From contig NC_057719.1 in NCBI RefSeq assembly GCF_004010195.1, positions 20,163,433 through 20,227,432 on the forward strand: 64,000 nt of DNA, read 5' to 3'. The translations under genes were made by a program, and so were the position numbers. Under the pieces are notes generated by a model. That model was given only the letters and a program-made list of their open reading frames with translations, made no database searches and had not been told where the DNA came from. Shown one piece after another: positions 62,035-64,000 of this stretch; the stretch's first letter is position 1, and each line of letters begins with the position of its first letter. The DNA is from Chiloscyllium plagiosum (Eukaryota).

Positions 62035-63600
62035 TTCATAGAAGAAAAAACAGTACAGCACAGGAATAGGCCTTTTGGCCCACCACTGACATGATGCTTT
62101 TCTGAACCAAAAGCCTTTTACCACTATGTGATCCATATCAATCTTCCTTGCTCATTGATGAACTGTAAAGATGCCCCTTAAATGTTGCTATTGTACCTGC
62201 TTCTACCACTTCCTCTGGCAGCACATTTCAGGTACTTACCAACCTCTGTGTAAAAAACCTTGCCTTTCTCATCTCTTCTAAACTTTCCCCCTTTTACCTT
62301 AAACCTACATTCCTCCAGTAATTGACATTTCTACCCTGGAGATCAGGTGCCAATTATCCATTCTATTCATGCCTCTTGTAATGTTGTAAACTTGTATCAG
62401 GTAACCCCTCAACCTCCAAAGTTCAAGTGAAAACAGCCAAGTTTGTCCAATCTCTCCTCATAGCAAATACCCTCCAAAACAGGCAACATCCTGGTAAACC
62501 TTTTCTGTACCCTCTCCAATGTATGACATCCTTCTAGTAGCGTGGCGTCTACAACTACATGCAATATTCAAAATTGGCTTAACTAATGTTCTATTCAGCT
62601 GCAACATGACTTGTCAATTTTTATACTCTCTGCCTCATTCAATGAAGGCAAGCATGCCATGCACCTTCTTGACAGCTTATTCACTTGCGTTGTTACTTTC
62701 AAGGAACTGCGGACTTATCTTCTTTGATCCATTTTAAAGTTAACGTTTCTCAAGTTCTTCCATTTACTACATACTTTCCTCCTACATTAGACCTTCTAAA
62801 GTGCATTACCTCACATTTGTTTGGATTAAACTGCACCTCCCTTTCTCTGGCCAAATCTTCAGTCTAAATATATCCTGTTGTATTCTTTGGCAATCCTTCC
62901 CACTATTTGCTGCTCCCCAATCTGTGTCGTCTGCAAGCTTACTGATCAGACAATTTATATTCTCCTCCAAATTATTTATATATATTACAAACAGCAAAGA
63001 TTCAGCACTGATCCCTGTGGAACACCACGAGTCACAGATCCGCAATCTGGAAAACATTCTTCCACTGCTATTCTCTCTATCTTCTGTGACCAAGCCAGTT
63101 TTGTATTCATCTTATGAACTCACCCTGGATCCCATATGACTTCACCTTCTATATCAATCCGCCAACAGGGATCTTGTCAAAGGCCTTGCTGAAGTCCATA
63201 TAAAAATCATCCATTGCCCTACCCTCATCAATCATCTTTGTCACTTGCTCAAAAAACTCAATCAAGTTTGAGAGACACAACCTCCCCTTCACAAGCGCTT
63301 GCTGCATATTACTAATAAGGCCATATGTGAGTATATCCGGTCTCTAAGAATCTTCTCCAATAATTGCCCTACCACTGATATAAGTCTCATCGCCTGTAAT
63401 TTCCCAGATTATCCCTGTTGCCCTTCATTAACAAAGGAACTTTGGTTATCCTCCAGGACCTCTCCTAAGACTAAAGAAGACACAAAGATTTTGTACAATG
63501 CCCCAGCAATTTCCTCCTTTGCCTCCCTCAATATTCTAGGATAGATTCAATAAGATCCCGGAGACTTGTCCAACTTAATGACATCTATCATCTTTAAATA
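62035..63600 (-). mobile_element. CR1 LINE RT fragment to 3' end
   Basis: LLFVIYINNLEENINCLISKLADDT on the reverse strand; DFSKAFDK-like codons at about 63175-63200. Confidence 0.88.
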
Positions 63601-64000
63601 CAATCGGTAATCCAAATTTCCCTTACTTAATAATAAGAGTTCAATTGCTTACAGATGTATCTCCTTAAACATAATTGGTTCATTAATAATCAAATTGTCA
63701 TTGAGCTCCAGATGCTTCCATAGGGCATGTGGAACAATTAAACAGAACTTACAGCATGGAAACAGACCATTTGAATCAACTGGTCAATATAAATGTATGA
63801 ACTCCATTCAGGCCTTTGCCCTCCTCCCATTTCATCTAACCCCATCACCATATCCTTCTATTTCTTTTTGATATATTTAACTATCTTTCTCTTAATTGCA
63901 TCTATCTTGTTCACCTCACATTACTTATGGTAGCGAGTTCTGCATATGAACTGCTGCTTGGTAAAATATATTTCTCCTGAATTCTTCATTGGGCATATTA

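Noticed and set aside
1..64000. CRISPR array, operon or prokaryotic defence/RT system
   Set aside because: No regularly spaced repeat-spacer array and no gene-dense coding. All RT hits are vertebrate LINE or PLE remnants.

Overview
This is non-coding vertebrate genomic DNA, almost certainly from a shark; the repeat families resemble those of carpet/bamboo sharks, which is an inference. It is intronic or intergenic, rich in transposable elements, and has two assembly gaps (5895-6524 and 56224-56647), both inside Penelope-like elements (PLEs). I find no intact protein-coding gene and no CRISPR array or prokaryotic system. Most listed ORFs are sense or antisense read-throughs of decayed retroelements. 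Main contents: many CR1/HER1-type LINE fragments, the longest at 24774-27505; a second L2/CR1-group LINE family; HE1 (V-SINE) and two other tRNA-derived SINE families; and at least four PLE families. Three features are not shown by the ORF track. (1) A processed pseudogene of ATP synthase subunit c (ATP5MC) at about 37180-37682. (2) A decayed Gypsy gag-protease relic at about 41180-42280. (3) A set of short PLE-derived fold-back insertions with 9-16 bp target-site duplications (TSDs) and minimal hammerhead ribozyme motifs, the most system-like signal here. Several PLE 5' junctions also carry short reiterated or templated filler sequence. A few + strand microexon and terminal-exon candidates hint at an unidentified host transcript. 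Repeat boundaries were read by eye and are approximate to tens of bases.
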